Below are positions 50,601 through 64,000 of a stretch of 64,000 nt of DNA, in pieces. How positions within the stretch are numbered: position 1 is the stretch's first letter; the number at the start of each line of letters is the position of its first letter. The notes beneath the pieces were generated by a model. It was not told where the DNA came from. It made no database searches and saw nothing but the letters and a program-made list of their open reading frames with translations. The DNA is taken from contig NMRA01000098.1 in the NCBI GenBank assembly GCA_002633005.1, positions 913,678 through 977,677 on the forward strand, in the 5' to 3' direction. The DNA comes from Phoronis australis. Its lineage: Eukaryota > Animalia > Phoronida. Position numbers and translations under genes: made by a program.

Positions 50601-52700
50601 GTCTGAAGAAGGAAAAACCACTTAACCAAGATACACAGCCACTGCCATTAACATGGTCTAAGCATTCATTAGAATCTAGGGAATGTATCTGTAAAGTATA
50701 ACATGCTTCCATTGCATAGAAATGCATTGCCGTTAGTCACCTCAGGGGTTGGGCAATGTTCTGTTGAGGGTTGAGGGTGCCTAGTGAAGACAGTTGGTCT
50801 GATCACAGGGGCTTCTTATTATGGGCATATGCAAGGCTATAGCAAAGAGGGCAGCCATAAGTCAATTTCCGCTATATAGGGCCCTCAAACATTAGTTGCC
50901 CCTTTAAAATCTACAAGAAAGGTTTTACTGTTTTGAAAGGCTGAAAAGATATGGGCGTGTAGTTGTTGAGAGTGAGCCAGGAGTTCCACTATCATTTTTG
51001 TGTTGTGTATAATGCAGTGCCATAGAAAAATGACTCCACGGTCTTTTTGACTCAGAGAGAAAGTAACATGGCCTCGTATGGGTTGGAAATACAAATTACA
51101 ATGACACTGACAACAGCTTGGTAAGCAAATACCTATTGGTGGAGCTTCATTGCAAAGCTGTAGTATCAATATATTGATCAATATCAATATATTGATCAAG
51201 GTTACATTGAGTGAATGACATAGGATAGGAAAACTCTATACTTTTAAGTGATTTAAGTGCACAAGTACTTAAAAATATAACCGGGCATGTTTATTGCAGA
51301 TGGTTTTGTTTTATCACGCACACAACGAACAAGTGCAACATCCCAAATGACTCGTTTCTAGGGGTTTAAATCAGTATTTGTACTATATATAAAATAAAAA
51401 GGCCAATAGGGGCACAACAGAATTAAAATCCCTCAGAAGCAACAGAAGTGCTGTCATCTCGTTGACAGAAACATATCAAATTCCATCAAGGAACTTGATG
51501 GATATAGAGCTAAACACAAGCAAGAACTAAACTGCCATTAGAGGGTGCCAGAGTAATTGGTACTTGTGCCAAAATCAATGTCAGGCGTACCAAATTTCAT
51601 GAAGATTTATCAAGGAAAATGGTACGCGCAGGAAAAAAATAATTTGTCACTTCAGGGAGCATTACAGTAGTAGACTACGTCCGAAAATCTACATTAATTG
51701 TGATCACCTAAATAAAGAATGCATGTAAAATTTCATAATGATCCTTTAAACACTTTAGCAGATTTATACAGAGGCAGAAGCCAAAATTAGATGCAAATAA
51801 AGAGGTGGAGGGCAAAAAACATACGAAAAGGTGATAAAAATGGCCAGTAGGGGGCACAGACTACATAGAATCCATCGAAAAATGAAAAGATAATATGTAT
51901 CTTCATAAAAGCAACCTATTTGCCAAATTTTGTGAAACTTCAAGGAACTTGGTAGATATAGAGCATAACTTAAAAAATGAAATAGTCACCAGAGGGCACA
52001 GTGTGTGTTGAATCCGTTCGAATATCCGTTCGAATGCTGTCTGATTCAAAATATAAACATGTCCGCAAAGTTTCACACAAATCCATGATAGGGTTTTGGA
52101 GATGCAGCAGCGGATGCAGGATGGAGAAGACGGCATTAACCGCCCAACATACAAGGGCCCACAAACATGGCATCAATCATTAGGATATACTGTGCACACA
52201 AAACAGCCATACATCAACATGGTATCATGCTTGATGGTCATCACAAAATTTAATTATGTACAGTGAGCTTATTACCATCAATAAAAGAGAATTAGGATAC
52301 AGTGTACATTTGAATGAAGAAACCTCCCCAATGGAAAAATTAGCTGAGAACCAATTAAGTTACACTCTGTATGCTAGTATGTTCAACTCCCTCGTGAGCT
52401 GTGAAACCATGCCAACTCCCCACTAGTTGTGAGTGATATGTTGACCAACTCCCATGGAATATGTCGTGGCAAAACCACACGAAAATGCCAGCAATGAAAT
52501 CATAGCAAAAAAAACCCACATCAATACACAACCAGTTCCAACAGACAATTATAAAACACTTAAGCTAAATAAAAGTTAAAAAATCACAATTAGAGGTAAT
52601 TTGAGACGTGTCAAGTCCACTTAACTCATTGCAAATTCAACCTATGGAAAAGGCACATAGGCTATGTCCTACAGCTGACTTTCCCTTGTCACAACACTAA

Positions 52701-53206
52701 AGGGCCTTTCATACTAACGTCGACGCGTCGATGATTTGGGGAGTTGCGGTCAATATGAACGCTTAACTCCGTTCCTGGATCGCAGTTAACAGCTCCAGTT
52801 AACATCGCAGTTAACAGAAGGATTTAAGACCGCAGCGTCGACGCTGCGGTGCAGTATGAACGCTTACCTCCGGTCCAATCGAAGTTATCGCCAGGTGCCA
52901 CTGTTATCGTCAACAGTTACAGAGTAGTGCCGTCACTAATAACTACTTATTTTTTGCTCTAATGATAACCAATCGATTTAAAAATGAGTATAATGTCATT
53001 TAGCACATTTAAATTTTCCCAAATTATCACATTGAAAAAATCTTAGCGTGCAGCGCTACCTTGCGATAACTTCGATGACGTCAGCGTCACCAACCCTTTA
53101 CTTCGATGGTCATTAACTACCAAAGCCAGTATGAACGGTCCAGTTAACTGCGCTGTTTACGTCGACGCTCCGCTCAGACCGGAGTTAAGTCATTATGAAA
53201 AGGCCT
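52701..53206. mobile_element. MITE, probably PIF/Harbinger-type
   Basis: Terminal inverted repeats agggcctttcata / tatgaaaaggcct, flanked by TAA on both sides (52698-52700 and 53207-53209). No ORF. Related copies at 8.2, 12.1 and 29.7 kb. Confidence 0.75.
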
Positions 53207-53723
53207 TAAAACAGCTCTATGTTAATATCTTATATTGCTGATTTAATGAGGTATATTTTTAAGGCATCTCCCTTGGAAGAGCTCAAATATTATCAGCTTG
53301 ATCATAAAGTCCCCATCTAATGCATATATATATGTAGGTAAATGTACGCTTTTTTCACAATAAAACGTAAATGTCGCCATAAAAATTCATCTGCATTAGT
53401 CAAATAAAACATTCAATGTAGTAAAAGGCATACGTACAGAAATAAGGGATTTTAAATAGTACAGCTGAGCAGAATGATCTATCTTTCTACGCAGTGTATC
53501 TTTAAAATATAATTTTACAAACATTACGCACTTAATGAAACAGCCACGCCCTGATTCCGTGAACGATCTTGAAGATTTTGTGTACACGGGTACTGGAATG
53601 TGCAGAAGCCAAAAGAACTTGTCTGTGTCTCCTTCACTAAAGAGCAGGAGAGTGTGGGTATTTACTAACTTAAATAAGGCAAGGTTACACAGAAACTGAC
53701 GTAACGTTACTCACAAGTTAGAT

Positions 53724-54482
53724 GCGTACTTTACTGGAAGAAGATTCTTAAGGAGGCGGTTGTTCACAAAGGCACGGGCACTTTAAGGCAGTGTCGGCCA
53801 TATTAATTGGAGGTGGGAAGAAAGCCAAGTACGAGTGCGGGGAAAGCATGAAAATTTCGGGTGAGTCGAACATCGTTGCCAAATCGGGTGAGTACAGTAG
53901 TAATTAAGCAAAGCTGACATATTTGCACAGTTACATTACACTTTTGTTTTATCTGAGAAAACATATCAGAAAGCCCGTGAAACCAAAGAATTATATACAA
54001 TTAACGAGTGAATATTTTTTTGGTGAAACGAAATGACAATTTCTTGAAATGCCAAAAACAGAAACGAGAGCGCTCGGAGGAGCGACACTTGGCGGAACTA
54101 ATCGAAAAGACGACGATGAGGGTGACGACGACAATCAAGANGCGTACTTTACTGGAAGAAGATTCTTAAGGAGGCGGTTGTTCACAAAGGCACGGGCACT
54201 TTAAGGCAGTGTCGGCCATATTAATTGGAGGTGGGAAGAAAGCCAAGTACGAGTGCGGGGAAAGCATGAAAATTTCGGGTGAGTCGAACATCGTTGCCAA
54301 ATCGGGTGAGTACAGTAGTAATTAAGCAAAGCTGACATATTTGCACAGTTACATTACACTTTTGTTTTATCTGAGAAAACATATCAGAAAGCCCGTGAAA
54401 CCAAAGAATTATATACAATTAACGAGTGAATATTTTTTTGGTGAAACGAAATGACAATTTCTTGAAATGCCAAAAACAGAAA
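53724..54482. repeat. 341-bp direct duplication flanking a single N at 54141 (likely assembly artefact)
   Basis: 53724-54064 is repeated at 54142-54482 (offset 418). The ORF track shows identical 65-aa ORFs in both copies. A GC-rich 76-bp segment (54065-54140) lies before the N. Confidence 0.9.
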
Positions 54483-57400
54483 TGAAGCAAAGACAATGAT
54501 GCGATTCAATCATTTTAATGCTAATATCCATTATCACTAACGATGCATTCACTCAACAGAAAACGCTGGGGTTAACGCTGATGCACAGGATGTCAAGAAT
54601 AACACATTACTCCTTGATGCAATATGACAAGCAGGTGTGTGTCACTCCCATGACAGAATCAAAGTCAATATCCGGAAACACCAAAAACCCTAGAGGGAAT
54701 TTTTATGCAGACAAAACACAAAACCATTCTTACCACAGAACGTCCTTGGTTAGTTGAGAAGTGTTTATACTCACTTGTCAATTTGGAATAGGAATCAGAG
54801 GACTTTGCATGGGGAAGGGTCCAAGTTCAATAGGGGTACACAGGATGACATCATTTAAGTCAGTTGTGGCACTTGGTGTAAAGCCAATGCTGTTCTGCTG
54901 AAATAAAAAGAATGTACAAATCATGAAAATTTCTTGATAGCAGAAAGGAACGTGCAGGCTAAACTGCACACTTAGCATAGCATTACATTTTTAACACCCG
55001 TCAGTTTAATGGACTATCTCGAACTTATACTACTTTATTGATCTCTAATTCCTCTAAATCTCCCACAATGCACCAGTGCAATCAATAATTTAGCACACAC
55101 ATCAATATGACGTGGAGAGTCTATTGATTGAAGAGACTAAATGTCTCCATAAAATGTTGACTGTCCAAAAGCAAATTGATCACAGAACAAAACAACAGCT
55201 TGGATTAGACACAAATAAATTTTACCTGGCGAAATAAATTTCTCCAAGTATTTTGCTCTGACACAGGTCGCATTTTTGTCCGATTCGCACAAAATTTACA
55301 CACAACCTCTAGCTTCGATACAGCTGGAAGCCTATTGTTTTTCGTCATGTTTTTGAATTCATGTTCATAGAGGCCGCAATTTTTTACATACATGGGCGGA
55401 AAATTGGTATGATTATTGTACCAGACATACTATAAACGTGAGGTCAATCATTCATTTCCAGTTAAAGATGGCAGAAATATCAGCCATTGCTTCTGACTAT
55501 CAATCGTCCTGTATGGTAAAATTTCAACAATTTAGGATGTAATATGGCTGACAAGAGAAATTTTATTTTCTCATGCTTTTTCGTGAAAGACATGAAGCAC
55601 CAAAGTTAATGCTTGTCCATGTTTTAGGCCTTCACCATATTTACCACCTCACTATGTTTTGTGGAATTGAGGACTTTCACAACAATGCTAGAAGCCATCA
55701 TTGAAAATGAAAAAGGGCAATTTTAGCAATTCGTACGAAATAGGTGAGATTTTACTTTTATATACAAATACTTTTGCAGACGGAACCAAGCATGTAAATT
55801 TTCAACAAGAAATCAGCCTCTTGGATTGTTGGCCTGGCAGTACAGTACTGTACATTAAAGAGGACACAATGTCGAGCAACTTCACAATTGGATGTGGAAT
55901 TCTAGAGCAACCAGTCTGGATGGCTAGATACAGAACAGTTTGAATGGAGAATGACACTTATTAATTAGTTTGGCACTGATGACAGGACGCTTTTTGTGTC
56001 ATCAGGAAAATCAGTGTTAATTTTTGGTGTTTCAGTTTTAACTGCTGTTTAACCCAATGAGGAGAATACAGTGTAACGCATTATATTACGGTCTGTAGTA
56101 AATGGTACCGTCTCACAGAAAAATTATGAGCACACAACTTTAAAAGTTCTTGAAAATGAAAAAGGGACACTTTGACAACTACCTTCGTCTGAAAATTCGT
56201 AAGAATTTTTGTATACAGTTATTCCATACCGATAGTCAGACTGTAATACAACACACGTTACATCGTTTTAATGGACACTAAACATGGTTTTGGCCAATAA
56301 ACAGACATTAAAAACCACTTCCCCATCCAATTCTCTGATACAAAATAGTGCTCTGTAATCCCCGACAACCTTCAAAAGTTTGGAAGAAAATTTGAAAACT
56401 CCTTTAAAAGTCTGGTAATAAATGGCCAAGCGTGGCCTACGCATTTAGTGAATTACGTGGCAGCAGTGGTGAAAGACCAACCACCAAAAAACCATAATAT
56501 CCAATCTTTGCCATAAGGAGTATTAATTTTAGTGGATTCCTCTTTCATAGTTCAAGAACGACGCTACTGATGCATTAGCAAGTGACAGAATGAGGATTGG
56601 TTGAAATCATCACAACATGGTTCAGCATCCTTTTTAAGTAAAATAAATAATAATCCATTACAATAAGTATTGCATTTTACTTCATATGCCACATTTTTGA
56701 ATAGGGAGAATGATGCAACATTGAATGTTATAGGAACAGGGTCACCACAGGAGCCCATCTGTTAAACATCTAGTCGAATCCCAGTTTCTAAGAAAATGAA
56801 TTTCAATATTAAAGTATACGACACAAGCATGCCTGTGTGTGCTTAAGCCTTCATCGATACAAAAAATTCAGCCTAACATCAAAAAGATTAATGATTCCTT
56901 CTTTGTTATGTTTATAGTGAATATCACTCCCATGGCCTTTAAATTTAAACTTGGTTTGATATTAGACCCATCCTTTAAGCAAGGTGCACAATTTCTGGAT
57001 AAGTTGACATTAGACCAAAATAAAGAAACTAATTAAACTTCCGACTCTGCTTCACAAGAGCAACATAATTACAGTACAAGACAAAAGTAATAATTGCCAA
57101 AATTGGTGTTTTTATTTTATAATTCTTCAAACATTGTTTTAAATGTCTACAATTTCTCAGAAATATTGTCTGAAGGTAGGTATGACATAGACCTTTAATA
57201 TGGCGGAGCATTTAATTTGTGTTACTTATATAATCAAAAAATGAAACCATGAAATTTCACTTGTCAGCCACGCTGTCCTAAATCAGTGAGAACTTACCGT
57301 GCTCCAGTCAGAGCAATAAGTCAAGATCTCCTGCAACAGTTATTACTAAAACCACGTATTTTTCTTAATTGGATATAGGCAGGACTCACATTTATCAAAA

Positions 57401-57668
57401 ACTTCACTAATTATCTAATTGTGATAAACATCTGAAGTTCCTGCTAATGTTCTATTGATGGGACGATTACAACAAAAATTTATAAAAAATCAAACTTTTT
57501 AGAAATGAGGTTCAAAATATTGTAGAATTCAACAACAGAAGAAGAATCTGTTTCATGTAACAGAGATTAGTGTATGTGACATTTCAAAAGTTTTAGCAAT
57601 GGGCTTTGTAATCACATGTACTTAACAATGACAGGCAGCGCCATCTATAGAAAATAAAAACATCTTGC

Positions 57669-57707
57669 GCAGTACTTACAAGCAGTACTTACAAGCAGTA
57701 CTTACAA
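57669..57707. repeat. Short tandem repeat (gcagtacttacaa)x3
   Basis: Three 13-bp copies. Confidence 0.85.
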
Positions 57708-60700
57708 CCCGTTTCCATGCAATTTGATTTTCTGACGGTCATAAAAATGGAATCGTGAAATTTCAGCATTAAAACACTTGTTACCTGTGGTTGTAATCAG
57801 ATTGAAGCTCATGGGTGTTGTTTTTGGCTTACTAAACCACTTCATAGATATTTTATCGTACTTTAAAGTTGGCCATATTTGATCCGCCAAAGCAGCGCCC
57901 AATGTAAATTTAAACAGTTTATAAGAGCATTATTGGCAAGAAAAGTGATTTTTGAAATCAGCCGAAATCACAACAGCGACTGCAGTCCAACGCTCTGCTG
58001 GTGGAGCAGAACCCCATTTGATAAATGGCAGAATATTTTAAAAGAGCTTAATTGGTGAAGTCACTGGCCTTGATTATAGCAAATGTCTGGCATGCGACAC
58101 CAACATTTGGCAATTTGCAATAAAAATTACAATGAATTTGGAAATCTATCCCATTCAATAATAATCTCCAAATTGCATTTTTTGGCCATAAAACCGATAA
58201 TATCCCTTTCAGTAAGACTAATGCAACATCGTTCTGTTGGCGCAACTCAATTTCATATAAAAAATTCCAACAAAACATCATAATTCTAGCGGATCTGCTG
58301 TGAGAGGACTTCAAGTCATGTGTGGTTCCAGCCTATGATTGACGTCTGTCCACCAGCAGAACAGTCAGACTTTGAGACGCGAGTATGCTTTAGATCAGGA
58401 AAGAAGCAAGTGATAGTCAACAGATAACCGCCTGCTGCAGATGTGGGGGCAATCTTTCTAGTGGCTGAGTGATATACAAACAGTTCTGTATCCTCTCACT
58501 GCATGGTTGAATGTGATAATTCAGCCATGACAATGATTATCACACCTTCATCACATACCACCAGCAACGTGTTCACAGAGCACGAGAATAAGAAATAACA
58601 TTTAGCGCCATAATTATTCTAACAAGGGCTATGCAAAGTTTTGAAATGCACCCAAGCAACTGCAAATGATTATTGCTTCCAGGGTTTTGTAAAGTAAAAA
58701 GGAAACCGGGGGGTGGGGGGGACATCATAAGTTAAATCAGTCTGAAACAAGGTAAGTGCAATTGTCTCCATAGTTTATGTCAAATTTTGTGAATTAGATG
58801 TTTGCTTGGTAAACAGTATACGATTGGCTGACACTTTTTGATGGATTTCAATTGTGTGCATTCGTTGCAACTCATATGAGTATTTTTCGCAACATGATGT
58901 CATGCTCAGTCCGTATCAGTTTTAGACTACCATATTCGGTGACCCTGCAGCTATGGTGACGACCTATTTACTATTTCCTGTAATCGTTGCACTCATTTCA
59001 CTTCGTGGATGCAACCTGACTCATATGTCGACACTTGATGTCTGATTGTTTGTATCCTGACGTCTAATGAATAGACGAAACTTCGAATTAATATGAACTT
59101 TTTCATCGGGATTATCCGTTTTTTGATTCATAGCAAAGAATACGTTGAAAGTATACTTCCTGGTATTGAAGTATTACTGCATTATATCTTCCAACAATTT
59201 GGTGTTTGTTATAACTAAATCTAACTTTGTTAAATGCAATATATATCACAGTCTCTTTTATACATGTACTAGTAAGCTAGTTTGATCAAATAATTTTTTT
59301 ATGAAGTCAAAAGAAACTTTCATTTTTCTATCACACAATAGATAACATTTCTTGATCATTAACGTATTGTCTTGAGGTCTTTCTCAGTTCTTTTTGAGTT
59401 TTCAGCAAGTTCAAGAAAGACTGAAAAAACATCCATTATATCTATTTACTTTACAAAAACTTAATTTGAGTATAAGCGACCTTTACTTTTAGAGATGAAT
59501 TTCATGAAAAGTATTATTACTTATTAAGATTAAATGAAACTTTAGTTGATCGTAACACTGTTACCTGGAGGTTGCAATTCATTTACATTGCCTAGACCAC
59601 GAGGACACCTAGCAGTGAAATCTGTTGTAACTTACAGGTGACACTTTTTAAACCCCTGTGCGCTAATATGCGCTGGTGGGGCTAAAACATGGTTGAAAGC
59701 CCTTAACGGTAGAAAGGCCATTCATTTTCATGTACAGTAAATTTTCCTAAAATTCAAACAAAAATAATAGCCAAAAATTTCATTTTTCATTTTTTCCAAT
59801 GCTTTTTATACTGTCAGGATGTTCAAACTTTTATCGTGACTGTTCGTTGATGACAGCCGTACGTATCAAGTTTATGAATAATCCTGTAGAATTGTCACAT
59901 TTTTACTCATGTAGAAAATTTTGACAAAATAAAGTTTTACCATTCGCCATGAAGAAACTTAACTGAACATACCCCGAGTAAACCCCAAAACAGGCATTTT
60001 TGGTCACTATAAAGGATAATTAATCATCTTGTGTTGCCATCTCGTGAAATTTATATCAACATGTACCACTAACAACCAGATGGCGCGCATGTGCAATCTG
60101 GGCATCAACAGCATGCAGCATGCTTGTTGCAGTAAAAATTCTCGACTTAGAAACAGTGAAAAATTAATTATTTTGCTCAAGATATGAGCTGTATCAAATT
60201 TCAGAAATAGACAATATTGGCCGTCCCAAATTCAAGAATAAAGGTCAACCGCCAGCGATCACTCACCTTGTGCATGTGAGTAAAATGTTGTTTTTTTAAA
60301 TGCGGGTAGTAATAAGATAGAGTAGCAGACGGCACTGATGATACGGAAGTTTCCATTTTTGAAAATTTGACAATTTCAAGCAGAACTATACATTGCATAA
60401 TACTTAAAATTCTTAAATTTCGTTAAATTAAATTACTACTTGCCAGGAAATCACGACTTTTACACGGTTTCAGAAATGTTCAGTTCTGAGGTGTCGATCA
60501 TGGGTACACACTTTCAAGAGCCAGATGCAGTGTCTTCTAGCTAATATTGGTACTGTCACCACGTGGCACATAACATTTCAGTATTGCTAGTGTGGATAAT
60601 ATGGCAGAGTTCAGCTTTCAGACTCATTGAAGATTTCTGCAGATATATTAAATTAGTATTCATACATTAGTTTCAGCACTAACCTCACTCTTTATTTTCA

Positions 60701-60739
60701 GTCTGCAGTCAGTTTAGGATTACTTTCCAGTTATCAACA

Positions 60740-61035
60740 TGTTTTTTGTTTTGTAGATCGCCATCATTCTTTGTCACTTGATCCGACTGCACAGAATAAA
60801 GGCTGAGTGTAGTACAAGAAATGAGAACTGTTTACCTATGATGACAACCTATCACTGACGTCATGCCGATGGTCAAATGCCCGATAGATAGTTGCCCATA
60901 TATAACTCCAGATGTAGACGCAGTCATAGTAGCAGCCCTACTCAATACACATGCCACAAGTCATGCTACAGCGCTCAACCACACTGACACAGCCATCTCC
61001 CAACCGGAGAAGGTAAAATGACCTAATATTGCCAT
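60740..61035 (+). mobile_element. Gypsy-type LTR retrotransposon remnant (LTR-like end plus gag N-terminus)
   Basis: 60863-61021 encodes MPMVKCPIDSCPYITPDVDAVIVAALLNTHATSH...EKVK*PNI. This resembles the gag start of marine-invertebrate Gypsy elements (MP...CP...C.Y.T.D.D..I.AAL...H...EKV.RP.I); the TGA is plausibly a CGA>TGA change. An AATAAA-bearing LTR-like segment precedes it. Confidence 0.6.
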
Positions 61036-62302
61036 ATTGCTACTTTTAGACTTCTGTCTTTTGATCGAGTTTCTCCAAGGTGTCACCATTCGAAAGCCCA
61101 GGAATACACGATTTTGAGAAAGACTTGTAGAAACACCCAAGAATTTATATGAGGATGTACAAAATAATGTAAAAATGTGTCAAAATGTCAGTTTGCCAGT
61201 TCCATATCACTAATCAAAGCTACGGCCTTAGTGAGCTACTGCCGATATTTGACAAGTCCAAAGTATACTATTTTGGTAGAAAATTTCTTCTTCTTTCTGA
61301 AAATGTGCATACAGCATTAACTTTTATTAAAACATCAACTACGGCACATTGACGCCACTTCCGTACCGTACAGCTGAAGAAACTTGAATGTTACAGCTAT
61401 GGGTAGCAAACATGTCAGCTTATCAGATCAATCAGACACTAAATTTAAACACCTTTTTAAGATTCATTTTCAGATTTGGAGAAAACAATCCTTATTCTGT
61501 CACCTGCTAATGCATAATTGGCGTCAATATTATAAATAAAAACAGGAATCAACTAAAAATTCATACCCCATATCTCACAAATTGGACATTATGTTCCCAG
61601 TGGTGGGTGGTCTTTCATTTACCACAGTTGCCCTGTCATTCGTTGAAAGCGTAGGTTAGGTATGTCTGTTTAGCAGACATTGATAGGAGTTTTCAAATTT
61701 CCCTCCAAACTTTTCAGGCTTGTTAAGGGTTATAGCTAGAGTATTATTTTGTTTCAAAAAACTGGACAGGAAGGTCGTTTCAGTATCTGTTAATAGACCA
61801 AAGTCTGGTTTGATATCCTTTTGCCTTTTGAGCTAATAGACAAACGGAAAATGAAGTGGTGGATTGTCAATTCATTCAGATGTTTTCAATGGGGAGAAAG
61901 ATTTTAGGTTGAATTTTTACAACCGTTTCCAATATGGGGAGACTTTTAGGTCTCAATTACACCCTCTCTAGGTGAAATCAAAATGAGGTAATGCTACAAA
62001 AACAATACAATGCATTGCAACGTGATCGACATTCTCAAATTTTGCTTCAAGTAAAGTTTGATAAAACATTCAATATTTACCCTTTTAAGTAGTAACTAGG
62101 CACTGGTCGGATATAGCAGTCCCTGATTCTGAGAACCAGTTTCATGTTATGAATAACGGGACCATTAATCAGTGGACCAGTGTCAAGTAGTTGTAACTGT
62201 ACAGCTTAATATACTCATGAACTTATTAAAATTATATAAGTTGTTGCCAAGACAAGACCATTGAAATAGTAATAGTAATTCAAGTAGTAATAGCCGAGAT
62301 TA

Positions 62303-62372
62303 CCCGACCCAGGAATCGAACCAGCGACCCCTACAAAACTGGCGAGCGTGCTAACCCTTTAGCTAATAGGCA
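62303..62372 (-). pseudogene. tRNA-like sequence / tRNA-derived SINE head
   Basis: Minus strand TAGCTAAAGGGTTAGCAC...GGTTCGATTCC has A and B boxes. The acceptor and anticodon stems do not pair properly, so it is not a functional tRNA. Confidence 0.55.
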
Positions 62373-62689
62373 ATTGCCCGTTAGCAAGTAGCTAACAGGG
62401 TCTCATATTCACCGGAAGCACATCTGCAACATTAACCTCAATTCTTTCACAACTGTCAGACATCTGTTTATCATGAACTAAAGTCACGGCCACAGGTCAG
62501 ATCATAGATACTCATTAAGATCTATAGTCTATTAGTCTATGCCCGATCAGAGTCTATGGCATGCTTTTGGATATAGCCAGGGGTCCCTTAATTATTTTGA
62601 GAACTAGACAATCACTGAATAACGCTGCAAGCAAAATGAAACAGCATGAGCGTGAAGCCAGAGGAATTATTGAGTTCAGTTACTAGGAC

Positions 62690-62927
62690 CGGTAGCGGAA
62701 TCGGGGGGCTCACTAGATCGCGGCGGAATCGTCTTCCTGTTTTTTTTTTAGTACCTGTTTTTTTTAGTACACCGATAGCAGATTTTCCGAACAGAAGGTT
62801 CACATTCCCAGCCCCAGAAACTTTCAGGCTGCCTGGCGCCTGTGCACATACAATCGCGCTTTGCCCAATTCCCCGAGACAACATGTTGTCCCCCCGCCCA
62901 AGTTATGGTATCCTAGATCCGCCACTG
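62690..62927. mobile_element. Small MITE with CAGTGGCGGATC-type termini, nested in the 62.1-63.0 kb element
   Basis: Right end ctagatccgccactg (about 62912-62926); degenerate left end cggtagcggaatcgggggg. Confidence 0.5.
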
Positions 62928-63871
62928 AAACGGGCGCGTTATTCAGTGGATGAAACTGGTCCTCAAAATCAGGGACAGTTATACCCGACCAGTGCCCTTA
63001 ACCAAAACCCAAGGTAGGCTAAATCTCACCGACACTTCTTCACATTGGCTTAGCATTTAACTGCTCAACGTAATCGCAGGATAACTTTAACAGCGGAAGT
63101 TGGCTCTAGAAGTCTAGAAGGTCGCTAACAACATTAAACAAGTAGGCGAACAACTTCTGTATCGATTTTGAGTTATCAGAATATTTAGTGGCAGTGTCTT
63201 TAGCGAACAGGATTTTAAACAGTAATTTCTAACAAAAGCTTTTGTTAAAATATCAATTTTTATTTTTTATACAGTCTATTCCGCTCTCTAACGTTGAAGT
63301 TAAGAAAAGTAGTCAAGTGCTCTCGAACAACAAGTGTCAGAAGGTAAGATTTGTTTATGTTGATTTACCAGTTTTACATCATTTCCACTATTTCCTGAAT
63401 TTTATTTGTAATAATACTTGCCTTAAGACTTCCTTCAATGTTTTTTATCTCTATTTAAAGCAGATGGACTTGGTAGTCTTGTGACAATTCTTGTGAAACG
63501 CCAAGTCAAAATCACCAATCAAAAACTTACTGAGCGGCTAGTAAGACTAATATTAAAGAGTGAGAAAAGAAACTGCCAGGCAACAACCGTATCAAACGAG
63601 TCACTATAGCTGATGCTAGAGTACTGTAGTTTGAAAATGAGTCCCAGGCACTCAGTGAACTTCGTTCTTTTCCGTTATTGAGTCCCAATTGTAGTCCCCA
63701 GTCTTGAACGTGAAATCTTTGCTTCTGGCTCTGTCTTCCAAAGCATCTTAACGGTTCTTAACCATGCAGTCAGTCTAAAAGCAACTGGCCGTAGACAAGT
63801 GGCGATGAATGACCAATAATAGCCGGATAGGTGGGTTCCTGATTAAAAACGTATTTGAGAACCTGTTACTA

Positions 63872-64000
63872 CAGTGGCGGATCTAGGATATCACAAGGGG
63901 GGGGCCCAACATTTTGTCCGGCTGTAAACATTTGCGCAAACTGAACCACGATTGTAGATGCGCATAGCACCAAATGGGGGGAGGTCGGGAGGGGGGCAAA
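63872..64000. mobile_element. Start of another CAGTGGCGGATCTAGG-type MITE, running off the window
   Basis: cagtggcggatctaggata followed by G-runs is the reverse complement of the terminus at about 62908-62926. Confidence 0.55.

Larger units (their letters stand above)
62098..62998. mobile_element. Non-autonomous DNA transposon with about 60-bp terminal inverted repeats and nested insertions
   Basis: Left ggcactggtcggatatagcagtccctgattctgagaaccagtttcat...gaataacg versus the reverse complement of the right end, gggcactggtcgggtataactgtccctgattttgaggaccagtttcat...gaataacg. Related sequence lies at 45387-45442. Confidence 0.75.

Noticed and set aside
53803-54418. Two identical 65-aa ORFs suggesting a duplicated small gene
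   Set aside because: They arise from the N-flanking duplication, use a non-ATG start and show no homology.
38700-64000. Many 60-120 aa ORFs in the ORF track
   Set aside because: No recognisable domains and no consistent exon chains; many start at TTG/GTG. Expected by chance in repeat-rich non-coding DNA.

Overview
This is AT-rich eukaryotic (metazoan) genomic DNA with spliced genes. Gene content and repeat types suggest a marine invertebrate, possibly a deuterostome, but the species cannot be fixed from sequence alone. Reading exons by hand gives four genes: the last two exons of LHPP (+, 69-1420); a complete 11-exon TAPT1 (-, 15838-4623, about 512 aa) with a U12-type minor intron; a TEX36/HDNR-domain gene (+, 16090 to about 19566), head-to-head with TAPT1 across 251 bp containing an RFX X-box-like site; and a complexin (-, 36960-25108) ending in the CAAX box CVLQ, with a candidate 12-nt microexon and possible alternative C-termini. 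The rest is intronic or intergenic. It holds a 5'-truncated Neptune-like Penelope element carrying a minimal variant hammerhead ribozyme, an L1/Tx1 3' fragment with a target-site duplication, a Gypsy gag remnant, tRNA-derived SINEs, several MITE families and tandem repeats. Two duplications flank single N bases and are probably assembly artefacts. Most ORF-track entries are spurious. No new multi-gene system is demonstrated. The best leads are the ribozyme, complexin isoform switching, the minor intron and the TAPT1/TEX36 bidirectional promoter with ancient synteny. All homology calls come from recalled motifs, not database searches.
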